This document shows, in pieces, positions 61,961 to 64,000 of a DNA stretch of 64,000 nucleotides. Location: the NCBI RefSeq assembly GCF_964213995.1, contig NW_027591158.1, forward strand, positions 1-64,000, in the 5' to 3' direction. Made by a program: the position numbers and the translations under genes. A model generated the notes under the pieces. It did no database searches, was not told where the DNA came from, and worked only from the letters and a program-made list of their open reading frames with translations. Numbering within the stretch: the first letter of the stretch is position 1; each line of letters opens with the position of its first letter. The DNA is from Mustelus asterias. Taxonomy: Eukaryota.

Positions 61961-64000
61961 GGGATTGAAATCTGGGATTACATTGGAGCAGGGATCACTG
62001 GGAATACCCCCTCCCCCTGACACACAGACCACTAACCCTCCGTGTAAAAGCCCCACCAGTCTATCTGTGAATAAAAATGAACGACCAAGACACGGGGACT
62101 TTTATTAATATTTTTCTCTCTGGTTATAGCTCTTGTCCGAGGATTCCTCACGGCAAAACTATTCGCTCTCTGCATCGCCAAAGTTTCCAAAGGAATTCTC
62201 CTTGGAAGAGAGAAAGAGAAAATAAAGTGAAATTTGATTAAACACAAAACAAAAGCTGATTTAAAAACAATAAAAGGCACAGCAAGATCCCAGGACTTGC
62301 TGAAATTCACAATCTCACTGGGGGAGGTGGGGGAAACATTCATTTTCACCTCCTCATTATTAAACCCTGACAAAATGGGAACACGTTTCAAATGCAATGA
62401 ACTTCCAACTGCCTCCTGACTGTCCCGATATTGAATTTATTAAACACTTCAAAGCATTCTGGGGGCTTTACTCCAGAGACAGGCCAGTGAATAAACACAG
62501 GAGACCCCAATGAAGTTCCCACTTCTATCAGTCACCTCTCTCCCCTCACTCTGTTTCTCCCTCTCCGTCTCTTCCACACTTCCCCCCCAGATCTCTATCT
62601 GTCCAATACCCCGTCTCTGCTCCTGTCTCTGGATAACCTGTCCTGATCTCTGCTCTGTTTCTCTATCTCGAGGCGAATCTGGATTGAAATGCTCTCTCTA
62701 AGTTTCTGTCTGACCGTTTAAAATAAAACTCACAATCAAAAGGGAAATGAGAAGGGGGCGGGAGCTGGAAAATCCACAATCCCACCCTGAAGCGGCTGCT
62801 TCACATTTTATTGAACCATTGAATTCAGTCACTTAAACCCTGTTGGGGAATTAAGCGAATGCAAAAGTGCTGCTGAGATTTAGGCCGTGAAGTGAGGTCT
62901 AGTCACAGAGGCTGCATTATTCCTCAGGTAGAAAGAACGAACCCCCCTCTCTCCCACCCCCCAGTTAAACAGAACAATCTTCTCCATCCACACCCACAAA
63001 TCCCAGCGCCCTGTCTAAAAACACAAGCAGGACTCTGGGATTGAGAACAAGCCTTTCCCCCAGGCTCAGGAATTTGAATTTCAGCTCCCTCTCCCTCCCG
63101 AGTGCTTCACAGTGAGAGAGAGAGAGAGACTGGGAATGCTGCAATCAGGATCCCACAGGGAGTCCCACACTGCAGGAGGACACCCCCCACCCCCAGAGAC
63201 TCTGTCTCTATCCCCCTACCCCCCCTCCCCTGAGCCCCCCCACACTCCCCACCCATTCTCTGTTCCTCTCTCTCTACCCCACCCTCCTTCCTCTCCATCT
63301 TTTCATGTTTAAAGTGTGGGGCGCTGTCACAGTGCAGGGAATATGGGGCGGGGAGGAGGGCACAGCAAGATCCCACACACACAGTCTGGGCAGGGCCAGA
63401 TACAAAGTGATTTTTAAGTGAGGATTGGGCTAAAGTGAGTGGGCAATGAGGGAACCACACTTCTCCCTCTCTCTCCCTTGCTCCCCCCCTCCATCTCTTC
63501 CCCCACCCCAAATAAAAATAATGACAAGTCACTCCAGGATTGGGGCTGTTTGTACATTCAATATGAACAGGGAACCTTCCACTTCGAGCACAGTCACACC
63601 TCTCCCATTCCCTCTGTCTCTCGCTGTTTCTTTCTCTCTGCCTGTTTCTCTGCCTCTATCTCTGAACCTGTCCAGCCCCCTCTGTGTCTCTTTTGCTTTC
63701 CCCCCAGATCTATATATATCCAAACCCCATCTCTGCCCCGGTCTCTCCTACTCTGGATAATCTGTCCTGATCTCTGCTCTGTTTCTCCGTCTGGGGATGA
63801 ATGGGGATTAAAATGCTCTCTCTGATAAGTTTCTGTCTGACCGTTTCAAATAATGACGTGTTGTGGGCCACGCTTGCTATTTCTCAGTGATTTCCGTGGG
63901 GAAATGGGGAGGGAAGCTCCTCCTGCAAAGCCAGATCTCTCTCTCACTGCAATGTATTTTCAAACACAACAGCACAGATTCAGCCTCAGTTACACAGTCG

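Noticed and set aside
62560-63850. Direct repeat of about 150 bp (62585-62725 and 63700-63852)
   Set aside because: Short local duplication in low-complexity DNA with no coding or structural signal that I can support.

Overview
Eukaryotic DNA from a cartilaginous fish, most likely a shark (inferred from the elasmobranch-type tRNA-derived SINEs, CR1 LINEs and 69-bp satellite). The core (about 8-49 kb) is part of a T-cell receptor alpha/delta-type variable (V) gene array. It holds 11 apparently intact V segments in about 6 families (8 on +, 3 on -). Each has a leader, the Cys-Trp-Cys Ig-V framework and a 3' recombination signal (RSS) with a 22-24 bp spacer. I found no D, J or C segments. Notable points: (1) two V genes have the leader fused to the V exon without an intron but keep their RSS; (2) an intact two-exon GPR139/142-like GPCR and an orphan head-to-head GPCR exon 1 sit inside the array; (3) a V promoter/leader has had its V exon replaced by a C2H2 zinc-finger fragment; (4) a 60 x 56-bp satellite carries a perfect RSS heptamer and a degenerate 12-spaced nonamer in each unit; (5) CTCF-like motifs lie at V promoters or just 3' of RSSs; (6) a CRE tandem array lies upstream of one V; (7) there are inverted duplications, one with patchwork identity, and fold-back hairpins. 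Both ends of the window are satellite or low-complexity DNA with assembly gaps. Most ORFs in the supplied track are repeat-derived and spurious. Repeat boundaries are approximate; exon and RSS coordinates were read by hand.
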